Shown in pieces: positions 12,201 through 17,989 of a DNA stretch of 64,000 nucleotides. Below the pieces are notes generated by a model. It did no database searches, was not told the origin of the DNA, and saw only the letters and a program-made list of their open reading frames with translations. Positions within the stretch are counted from its first letter, which is position 1. The number at the start of each line of letters is the position of its first letter. The stretch covers positions 6,784,062-6,848,061 of the forward strand of contig OZ245717.1 of NCBI GenBank assembly GCA_965226945.1. The letters are read 5' to 3'. Source of the DNA: Gemmataceae bacterium. GTDB taxonomy: Bacteria; Planctomycetota; Planctomycetia; Gemmatales; Gemmataceae. A program made the translations under genes and the position numbers.

Positions 12201-13270
12201 GTCAAGGCGAACACGCCGCCCGAGCTCACCGAGTCGTCGTTGTTATCGCCGACGTAGCTATTGGTGGCGCTTACAACTCCCATGACACCGGTCGAGCCCG
12301 ACCCCCAGGTGGCGGCACCCCGCTCGCTGAGCCAGTGCGGGCTTTGGACCACATAGTCGCCGCTTGAGAGAATCGTAATGCCGCCGCTGCCGACAAAGTA
12401 GTTGGAAACGAAGTTGGATTTGGAGCCGACAAGACTGTTGTTATCGAGGATGCCGCCGGTCAATCCCAAGGTGCCGCTGACCCAGGTCACCGCGCCGGCG
12501 GTCTGATTCCAGTTGGGGCTGAGCACCAAAAAGTTATTGCTTGGAAGTACGATCACCCCGCCGCTACCCACCCCGTCATCGAGCAAGGTTCCCACGGCGC
12601 TGTTGGCGGCACTGAGGACGCCGGAAACGCCGCTTGAACCGTTGCCAAAGGTAAAGGCGCCGGCATCCATGTCGGCCAGGCTCAAGTCGCTATTCCAGAG
12701 GGGGCTCGTGACGACATAGTTGCCGTTGCCAAGCACGGTGATTCCGCCACTGCCGACCTGATCCATCGAACTGGAGCCAATGAGGCTGTTGGCGGACGAC
12801 ACGGTACCAGAGACGCCAAAGACACCGCTGCCCCAGGTAACGGCACCCACATCGTTCGCGGCGCCATTGTCGAAACTGAGGCTGCGCACCACGAAATTGC
12901 CATTGGATAAAGCGAAAACGCCATCCATGCCGATGTGGTCGTTGGCATGGGCGCCGCGCAGGGTGCTGATTAGTGCACCGGTGCTGCCGTTGAACAGGTA
13001 AACCGCGCCGGCGTCGGCGCCGCCAAAATCGTCGAACGGCGACGTGACGACCACATTGCCCGAGCTGAGTGGAATGACGGAGGCGCCGAACTGATTTCCA
13101 GGGCTCGGATTGGGGTCGAGGAACTGACTGACGCTGGGAGTAAGGCGTCCTTCCAGCGCTTCGAGCGCGAGCAGGCGCCGCAAGCCGTGGCGCCGTCCCA
13201 TCGGACTTTGTTCGGTGGCCCAGCTTGAATGACGCAGCCAGCGCGGCGCCAGCAGTTTCCAGAAATTCAT
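3299..13270 (-). CDS. Giant (3323 aa) repetitive secreted or surface protein: [~14 x 56-aa repeats]-[~16 Ig-like domains of putative He_PIG type]-[~15 x 56-aa repeats]-[terminal Ig-like domain]
   Basis: Single uninterrupted 9972-nt ORF. The N-terminal and central-C-terminal blocks repeat a motif DAGAVTWGNGxxGxxGxVSxANSLVGxxxxDxVGSGGxxxLxNGNYVVxSPxWDNG. The middle block is an array of ~93-aa units, each ending TQxFTLTVN and containing LPxGVTFDxxTGxLSGTP, as in putative Ig (He_PIG-like) domains. The many opposite-strand and alternate-frame ORFs in the track are artefacts of this GC-rich repetitive coding sequence. Confidence 0.9.
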   Translation of the reverse strand: MNFWKLLAPRWLRHSSWATEQSPMGRRHGLRRLLALEALEGRLTPSVSQFLDPNPSPGNQFGASVIPLSSGNVVVTSPFDDFGGADAGAVYLFNGSTGALISTLRGAHANDHIGMDGVFALSNGNFVVRSLSFDNGAANDVGAVTWGSGVFGVSGTVSSANSLIGSSSMDQVGSGGITVLGNGNYVVTSPLWNSDLSLADMDAGAFTFGNGSSGVSGVLSAANSAVGTLLDDGVGSGGVIVLPSNNFLVLSPNWNQTAGAVTWVSGTLGLTGGILDNNSLVGSKSNFVSNYFVGSGGITILSSGDYVVQSPHWLSERGAATWGSGSTGVMGVVSATNSYVGDNNDDSVSSGGVFALTNGNFVVASPEWNSTSTANVGAATFGTAGGAGIVSAANSLVGSNPEDRIGSDGVTALSNGNYVVNSPNWNNGTQQDAGAATWGNGLNGILGAVTAANSLVGSANSDNVGSSGIKSLENGNYVVSSPFWDNGTAVNAGAATWGNGATGIAGTISAANSLIGGSSDNVVASKGITVLPGGNYVVQSPDWDSATAANLGALTFASGSTGIFGTVDAGNSLVGAAANDHAGSGGVFALPGGNFVALSPNWANGNKQAAGAVTWGNGKSGIAGAISIANSLVGGSGDDAVGSSGLTVLTSGHFVISSPNWDNGTKTDAGAVTWGSSDLGVTGLVGATNSLIGSSVSDHVGGGSVKALLNGNFVVASPDWDHGGLVDAGAVTWGNGTKGSAGLVSIANSLLGTSAGDAVGSGGILPLMTGNFAVNSPLWDNGSLIDAGAVTVLLGYQAPGGTVSSNLSLVGTAKNALLQPAVADNINHSVYAPFLAQPVGGAVFGTTQSPVAPSFTSAVVATFVVGTTGSFTVTAAGDPAPSFSLTGALPAGVTFNTATGLLSGNPSKGTGGVYNLTIQAANKVGSPATQNFTLTVNESPSITSINTTTFSVGNAGSFTFTSFGFPTPTFSTESTLPQGLTLSAAGILSGTPATGSGGSYTLLVVAANGIGANGTQTFTLKVNEATTFTSPNTISFATGVANSFNVTTSGFPTASLSLISGSLPDGVSFDAATGLLSGNPPIGTGGTYNLTFQAANGIGSPVTQDFTLNVSQDPAFLSPNSTTFLVGSPGNFTVRAVGFPSVTLSMTSGILPAGVTFDASTGLLSGTPAKLSGGVYDLVFRATTGIGNPATQDFKLVVNEAAAFASPNRTTFTAGTAGSFTVKLAGYPVPALTLVSGTLPSGVTFDASTGLISGTPAANTGGLYPLVLRAANGIGAPITQDFTLAVNQPVVITNVNAASFAVGTAGSFHFTSTGFPNPFWLVTSGTLPAGLTLNGDTGELSGTPEAGTGGVHQLTIRASNGVGFPVTQTFTLTISEVPSFASPDFTAFPAGASSSFTVEVNGYPAVTLALLSGTLPAGVTFDPVTGILSGTPSAAGLGDYALVFQASNGLGSPVNQKFTLTVNDKPVFTSPSNTTFTEGKAGSFQVSAAAFPPATFSTTTILPQGLSFSASGLISGTPAPNTFGIYHLVITASNGLGDGTKQDFTLTINQPPVFTSPNTATFQVGVASGFTMKANGFPNPVFSITSGSLPAGLTFDAFNGTISGNPAPNSGRIYNLKVRASNGANPAATQDLQLIVNQSPKFTSLASATFLANKAGSFQITASGFPAATFTTNSALPSGITLSASGLLSGTPATGSGGTYKFTVLAQNGINPSVTQDFTLTVNEAPAITSDPSAGFLIGVSGNFTVTATGFPRPTYAILSGTLPAGLNFNTATGVISGIAAPNTNGVYNLKFQASNGVSPDATQNFQLFVAQPPGFTSPSSTTFTARKVNTFTVTTIGIPTPVLELIAGKLPDGVTFDPATGVIAGNPPVGTGGAYPLTFRASNGVGNPAIQQFTLNVNQTPAIVSPNRADFILGVSGSFTILATGYPVPTYQVVTGSLPAGLLLDSKSGIISGIPAAGTVGTYALKVQASNGVGTPSQQSLTLFVNQAPKITSVATTTFSVDAPSSFTVTATGFPAPTFSIIAGLLPDGIKLDATTGVISGIPFSGTSGVYPFTIQASNGVGTAATQKFTLNVSGSPTFTSANKATFAVGATGSFTVTAQSFPTSTFSIVAGTLPQGLVFNGVTGVISGTPAANTGAAYDLKIQASNGVGIPAVQAFTLAVNQPTSITSAAKATFVAAAPSSFLFASIGYPLPTWQVVSGVLPSGMTLNAATGLLSGTVASNAGGSYSLQIKAGNGIGPDVFQNFVITVNLSGSVSQILDPHPSPGNLFGKQTITLNTGNILVTSPLDDFGGTDAGAVYLFDGATGALISSVWGTHENDKVGFDGVTVLPSGKFIIKSTNWANGKSERAGAITFGDATFGVNGPVNAANSLVGTRTGDMVGSGGITVLGNGDYVVRSPLWDNGKNGDAGAVTWASGKLGIVGAVTPSNSLVGSTANDNVGSGGILQLENTVNFLISSPNWDNVDASNAGAVTWVKGGVGIAGAVSSTNSLVGSTAADLVGYGGITALKNGNYVVLSPMWNKVRGAATWGSGATGVSGVLSAANSLVGGTDYSNVGSGGIQELNSGNYLINSYNWDNNKGAVTVADGNLPIAGVVASTNSLVGTQNQSYVGYNNGAGAVEVGNDKIAVVSPLWANGSAAKAGAVTQANSLTGTTGAVSSSNSIVGTQANDRVGSGGVTKASDGNYAVSSPNWANGTEKSAGAITIVKAATGTTGALSVANSLTGSKANDQIGSGGVETTGDGNVVVLSPNWSNGSATGAGAATWINGKLGISGPVSAANSLVGTKAGDSVGSGDFTMLGNGAYLISSPNWANGSASKAGAMTLGNSQNAMVGPITAANSLVGSQAGDRVGSGGAVLLSNGNFVISSPFWKKDDQASAGAITWGTPTAPLSGAVSAANSLTGTSAGDTLGSGGIVALPNGGYVVVSPNWDNGAAQNAGAVTVRSGAKAATGAINAANSLIGTQANDSVGSGGIVLLEASRFLVQSPSWDNGTAANAGAVTWIDGDKGLVGAINAANSLIGSQAGDTVGSGGIDLLSNGNFLVSSPFWDNAKWTNAGAMTMGQGQSGLSGTIDSANSLVGAKPDDMIGVGDLFELPDGKILVRSANWANGGAKGAGAVTMGSSVTGIRGLVTEATSLVGSHENDQVGSGGVTFFTNGNYLISSPNWSNGSGANAGAVTWVKGDTGIVGAVGTGNSQVGAAANSGLQPIVVNDLNESYLSSFLTSPGGGVVNLGYQAPTACAITSVNTATFQEGVAGQFTFTGTGSPHPFFTLLDGVLPTGLSLISSTGLLSGTPLSGSKGTYVLKVQAANGVGSAQTQTFTLVVQ

Positions 13271-14145
13271 TGCCAGAACCTCAAGAAGGGAAATGGGGAA
13301 GGAATGTTTGGAGGAAGGATCAACCGGAAATAAAGCGAGTCGCAGTTGGGAACAATTTCATTCAGTTTAACGCGGGAATGATCCGGTGCAGCCGGCGGCC
13401 TCAATACACTCTGGTTTTTCATCAACGAAGAGTGCACCACCGTGAAATCCCGCACAGGATCTTTTCGCCGGTGAGCGTGGTCACTTTCGGTTCGTTCCAA
13501 GGAAATAATGGAGGAACGGTGCAGAAAAATGAAGGGGTTTTTATTGTGCTTTTGGTGAATCGGCGTGGGTGGGCAGGAGCGTGCCTGCGGGAGCATAGTG
13601 GGGCGGCCTCAAGAGGTGATGGGGGGAGAGTCAGGCGCTGGGCGGAATGGTGTGGCGTGAATGGAATTCCTTGGGAAAGGAGAAACGTCGGTAAGAAAGG
13701 TTCCCGGTGGCGAAGGCTCGACCACAGCGCCGACCTGACGACAGAGAGCCCGATCGGTTTGTGAGTCGATCGAGGAGCGGGAAGCTCCTTGATAAAAAAT
13801 GATCTTGCCCGCGAGAAATCCCGCCAACTGGGGGGGATAGGCGATTTCTTTTAACCATTTATCCCAAAATCACTTGCGGTGGGTGGAAACCGCGCCGGTT
13901 GCCGAGAAGACACCTGGTTTTCTTCAGGACCAACGACCTTTCGTGGATTCCGGAAATTTTTTTGAAGTTTCTGGGGCTTGGGTCATGCGGCGATGCGACC
14001 CGTTTTGTGGGGATTTGAGTGCGGAAATTGGGCTCCAACCCTTGCGAGGTCGCAGTGCGAAAATGGGGTTCACCGAGGGGAAATGGCCGCCCATGGATGG
14101 ACAGGCGGCTCAAGGAGAGTCCGCAAAGAGGATCGCTAAAGGGGC

Positions 14146-14796
14146 TTATTCCGTTGCCGGCTCAGCCCCATCGGATTCGTCGCTGGTGTCCGATTCCGCC
14201 TCATGGTCGCCGGCTGGCGCGGAACGTCCACCGGGAAGGCGGTGGATGAGGAGCAAATTGCGACCATATTTGCGCTGGTCCCATTCGAGATCCTCGCGCC
14301 AGGCCAATTTCGAGGGCGTTTCGACTTGCACCACGACAATGGAACCAGGGGCAAGGCGTGTGATCATCCCTTCCACGGCTTTAACCAGCTGATCCGGCTT
14401 GCTTGAAAGATCGGGAAAGGGCGGGCTAAAGAAGAGAATCAACTCATCAGGCGGTGGCGTCCAGAGTTCCAACCAGCGATAAGCGTCGGCGCGGATAGGC
14501 CGAGCTCTTGCTCCCACGCGGAAACGATCGGCCAATTTCTGGATTTCGGCGGCATTTTTGCCGTCCCACTCGACGAACCAGGCTTCGGTCGCACCGCGAC
14601 CTAACGCCTCGAGGCCGATCACACCGGTGCCGGCAAAGATGTCAATGAACCGCTTTCCCTCGATATCGAAGGCGAGGATGTTGAACAGCGCCTCCCGGAC
14701 TCGATCGGGGGTGGGCCTCAGGGCGGAATGCACCTCGCAAGGGACCAGCCTGCCACGAAATTCGCCACCGATAATCCGAACCATTTGACCAGCCAC
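14146..14796 (-). CDS. rsmD: 16S rRNA (guanine966-N2)-methyltransferase RsmD, with an acidic C-terminal tail
   Basis: RVREALFNIL ... IDIFAGTGVIGLEALGRGA matches the RsmD family N-terminus and SAM-binding loop. Confidence 0.8.
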   Translation of the reverse strand: MAGQMVRIIGGEFRGRLVPCEVHSALRPTPDRVREALFNILAFDIEGKRFIDIFAGTGVIGLEALGRGATEAWFVEWDGKNAAEIQKLADRFRVGARARPIRADAYRWLELWTPPPDELILFFSPPFPDLSSKPDQLVKAVEGMITRLAPGSIVVVQVETPSKLAWREDLEWDQRKYGRNLLLIHRLPGGRSAPAGDHEAESDTSDESDGAEPATE

Positions 14797-14964
14797 GGCA
14801 TCCTCCGGTGGTCCATTTTACGGTTTTTGCCATGGCTGGCGCGAAGTTCGCGCCGAAGCGACCCTTCGCGAAGGATAAGTGGCAGGCAATCACGCCGTGC
14901 GGAAACGAAATCGCGCCGCGGAAAATGAGTGGCGCGATGATTTTTCCAGGGCGATCAACAAGGA

Positions 14965-16224
14965 TTAACGATCAGGCGAAACGCTACGCAGGTCACGAAG
15001 CAGCGCGGCCAAACGGGCCTGGGCAAAGTTGTAGTCATTGAGGCTATTGAGGAAATTGCTGTGAGCCTTGTCCATCCCGGAAAGGCTCGTCAGCACATCG
15101 GCCGCAGTGGCCCCCTGCACGTTCATCTTCAGTCTCAGGTCGTTGATCCGGTACGCTTCCGAGGCCCGTTTGATCTGTTCCGTCGCCGACTGGAGTTCCG
15201 CTTCCCCCTGGCGGATGATCCCGAAAGCCTCCCTCACGACCGCTCCCATCCGTGCGCGGGCATCGTCGATCGCGACATTGGCCTGAAAGGCGACATTGTC
15301 GGCCACATCTTGGTTCGCGGCGCGGAAGGCTTCGTTGCGGCTTTTGATATTCCCGGTGCAGGGAACGAAGTGAAGAAGCATGGGCCCCAGGCCATCGCGA
15401 CCCACCGTGGCGGCATTGTCGCGCGAGACGAGCGCCGCGTCGATGATTCCTTCCAGCTCATGAATGCCGGGGCCGTTTTTCCAAAGCTCTTCGATCAGAT
15501 CGGCCGGCTTTGACTGGGCGACGCGCAGCTTGAGCGGCACCATCGTTTCCTTGGCGGAAAATTTCATCGTCCCTTGCATGTCGCCAAGCAGGTACTGAAG
15601 CTGGGCCTTGGTCGTTTCCTGTTGGCGTTTCAGTTTCATCTGGGCATAGCGGCGACCTTGCAATTCGCCGCTGACCGCCTCGACGAGCACGGCGGCGCCC
15701 TCGTTGATCCGTTTCATCGATTCGGCGCGTTCAAGCAGCGGCTGGAGCATCTTTTCCTGGTCGCGTGCGACTTCTTCACCACGCGCCGCGGCGCCCAGGG
15801 CACACCAAAGACCAGCGGCCAGCACCTGGACCGTCGAAGCGGTTTGGGCTCGTTCGGCGATCGCTTGCTTGAGTGCGAACTCTTTTTCCGAATAGCGGAT
15901 ATTGGCCGGCACCTGGCGGAAGCGATTCTGGAAGGCGGGGTTGGCGGCCATCACTTCGGTTTGGGCCGTGGCGATTTTCGCATCCGCCGACTGAATTTGC
16001 GGGTTGCGACTGCGGACGAGTTCGAGCAATTCTTCAAGCGAGGTGACTTCGTCAACTTCCAGCGCGATCGACCCTTCCGTGTATTCGCTTTGGCCGCCTT
16101 GACCGCCGTGGGGGGCATCCTTGTCCTTGAGCGCTTCCTGTGCCGCCGTGGGACCATTTGCCATAAAAATCAGGGCCAGGAGCAATAATATCCCCCACCG
16201 GCCGCCCAAAGCCTGAAAACCCAT
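14965..16224 (-). CDS. TolC-family outer membrane efflux protein (putative)
   Basis: The start was reassigned to the internal ATG giving a signal peptide (MGFQALGGRWGILLLLALIFMANGPTAAQE). The N-terminal LEELLELVRSRNPQIQ and C-terminal ...DVLTSLSGMDKAHSNFLNSLNDYNFAQARLAAL resemble TolC/OMF repeat ends, with long coiled-coil-like helices between them. Confidence 0.55.
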   Translation of the reverse strand: MGFQALGGRWGILLLLALIFMANGPTAAQEALKDKDAPHGGQGGQSEYTEGSIALEVDEVTSLEELLELVRSRNPQIQSADAKIATAQTEVMAANPAFQNRFRQVPANIRYSEKEFALKQAIAERAQTASTVQVLAAGLWCALGAAARGEEVARDQEKMLQPLLERAESMKRINEGAAVLVEAVSGELQGRRYAQMKLKRQQETTKAQLQYLLGDMQGTMKFSAKETMVPLKLRVAQSKPADLIEELWKNGPGIHELEGIIDAALVSRDNAATVGRDGLGPMLLHFVPCTGNIKSRNEAFRAANQDVADNVAFQANVAIDDARARMGAVVREAFGIIRQGEAELQSATEQIKRASEAYRINDLRLKMNVQGATAADVLTSLSGMDKAHSNFLNSLNDYNFAQARLAALLRDLRSVSPDR

Positions 16225-16675
16225 GTTGAATACTCCCGGTGCAGGCAAGCCATTGGCCGACCTCCTCTGCCTTCGGTTGAATTGAGTGGGAACCTTTTCC
16301 TGCAGAAGCGACCTCCAACAGGATTTGTCGCCTTCCAAGCCGATGGTAGCGTTTGCGCCGAAAAGGAGAAAAAGGCCTGTTGCACACGGCCGCGGCAAAA
16401 TGGAAACGATTCGTAGGGATCGCTTGACCGGTATAATTGGCCCGATTTCCCGTCTCTCCTTGCAACAGCCGGTCTCTCCTTGATAGAGATTGGTGCGGCA
16501 CTCATTCTTCCGTGTCCATGACGAGAGAAAGGTCCCTGGCGGCTTTCAAGCAAATGCAAACGCTGCCCATCTCGTTACGAAACGCCCCCAAGATTGGGGC
16601 CGGCCACGGAATCGGGGTGGCATCGCACACCTGTCTGGGACCTGGCCCTCGCCAAGTTCATTGCCGCCGCCAAGA

Positions 16676-17710
16676 TCATTTGCTTGGGGTAGCGACGTCC
16701 TGGACTTCCTGGAACCAGGCGATCGCTAGTTGGATGGCGGGAGCCACCATGGATTGATGATCTCCAGGAACGATGACGAGTTCATATTTTTTGCCCAGGT
16801 GTTTGGCGCGGTTGGCAAACGGTTGATTGGCGCGCGCGCCGGCAGGTGAGGCATAGAGCCTGAGTGGGCACCGGACGCTTTCGACAAACGATTGCGGATT
16901 GCGCACGAAAATCTCTTCTGATTGTTTGGGGTCGTAGGGAACGAGCGCCGGGTCGGACCCCAGGGCCCACGATTCCATATCGAGGTAGCCATCAAATGTC
17001 GCGGCCGCCTTGTAGACGGTTGGGACCATCGAAACGAGGCAAGTGAGCACCGCGCCCGAGCTATGGCCAGCGATGAAAATTCTTTGGGGATCGACTTCAG
17101 GAAGGGAAGCGACAAATCGCCCCGCCGCCACGGCGTCGTCAACTTCTCCCAGAAAGCTTTCGTAAAAACCAGGATTGCCGTTTTCGCCGCGAAGCGTCGG
17201 CATGAAAAGGACATAGCCTGCTTTCAGGAAGGGTTCGGCATCTTTCCAGTCGTCCTTGCTAAACGCAAATCCTCCGTGCAAGAAGACCACGGCCGGCTTT
17301 TTCTTTTCTGCTTTTTCGCCTTTTTCATTTTGGCGGCCTGTTCCCAGCCAGCCCTTAAGTTTCAATTCCCCTGATTCGTAGGTGACTTCTTTGGCTCCTT
17401 CAGGTGGTCTTTCGTTTTGAAAAATCTGGGGCGCTGGGCCTTTGACGCGAAACTGGGATTTGAAGTTTTTGCGCGCGATGAGCAGGTCCACCGCGAGTGA
17501 ACGCTCGTGGTGGGCAGCGAATCTGCCGAAAGTGACGCTCTTGCTCATATCGGGCGGCGCATCTGCGGCGGATGCGTTGGGCGCGTTATTCTCCTTGGCG
17601 GCGGCTTCCTTCTCCGGATTTTTCGTGCCCCCGCAGCCTGCCATGGACGCGATGAGAGTCAAAAAAAATGCCGAAGGTAAAAAGGTGCCAAGGCGGTTGA
17701 GATGATTCAC
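16676..17710 (-). CDS. Alpha/beta hydrolase (dienelactone hydrolase / S9 peptidase-like), probable lipoprotein
   Basis: VVFLHGGFAFS ... IFIAGHSSGAVL (GxSxG nucleophile elbow) ... VIVPGDHQS. The start was placed at GTG 17710: it is preceded by AAGGGG, a Shine-Dalgarno-like sequence, and gives a lipoprotein signal (NHLNRLGTFLPSAFFLTLIASMAGC). Longer alternative starts at 17809 or 17926 cannot be excluded. Confidence 0.7.
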   Translation of the reverse strand: MNHLNRLGTFLPSAFFLTLIASMAGCGGTKNPEKEAAAKENNAPNASAADAPPDMSKSVTFGRFAAHHERSLAVDLLIARKNFKSQFRVKGPAPQIFQNERPPEGAKEVTYESGELKLKGWLGTGRQNEKGEKAEKKKPAVVFLHGGFAFSKDDWKDAEPFLKAGYVLFMPTLRGENGNPGFYESFLGEVDDAVAAGRFVASLPEVDPQRIFIAGHSSGAVLTCLVSMVPTVYKAAATFDGYLDMESWALGSDPALVPYDPKQSEEIFVRNPQSFVESVRCPLRLYASPAGARANQPFANRAKHLGKKYELVIVPGDHQSMVAPAIQLAIAWFQEVQDVATPSK

Positions 17711-17989
17711 GACATTCCCCTTGCAGGAGCGCGTGCAAGGAAAGCTCTCGCCTGGACTTTGAGCGAATTCCCGCCGCGGCCACCGAGAACTTAGGGATTC
17801 GAGCGCCATCGTCCGCTGAAAATGTAGATCCTGTGTGGAATCAGGATTCCGAACAGGACCTTGCTCGAAAAATGCTTGTTGTTTAAGCAAGAATCGCTCG
17901 CCGATTAGGCGATTGCCGATTGTCAATCAACATGCACGGGAAGGGTAAATGGAGCCGAGATCCGGAGAATGCAAACAGGCTCGAGGGGG

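Noticed and set aside
3225-13001. Dozens of 60-500-aa ORFs on both strands overlapping the giant gene (e.g. 5450..6946 +, 7307..8212 +, 3882..4652 +, 3225..3959 -)
   Set aside because: All lie inside the single 9972-nt coding frame of the giant protein. They are Pro/Ala/Arg/Gly-rich translations typical of alternate frames of GC-rich repetitive coding DNA, with no independent start context.
13874-14392. 172-aa plus-strand ORF
   Set aside because: It overlaps rsmD on the opposite strand and extends into the long non-coding leader. It has no motif or support.
15574-16188. 204-aa plus-strand ORF, plus 16052..16501 and 16170..16559 minus ORFs
   Set aside because: Antisense to, or alternate frames of, the TolC-like gene and its upstream region. 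Composition typical of spurious GC-rich ORFs.
16676-17926. Longer 416-aa version of the alpha/beta hydrolase ORF
   Set aside because: The upstream 72 codons have no SD and no signal peptide. The GTG at 17710 is preceded by AAGGGG and directly yields a lipoprotein signal peptide. The longer forms remain possible alternatives.
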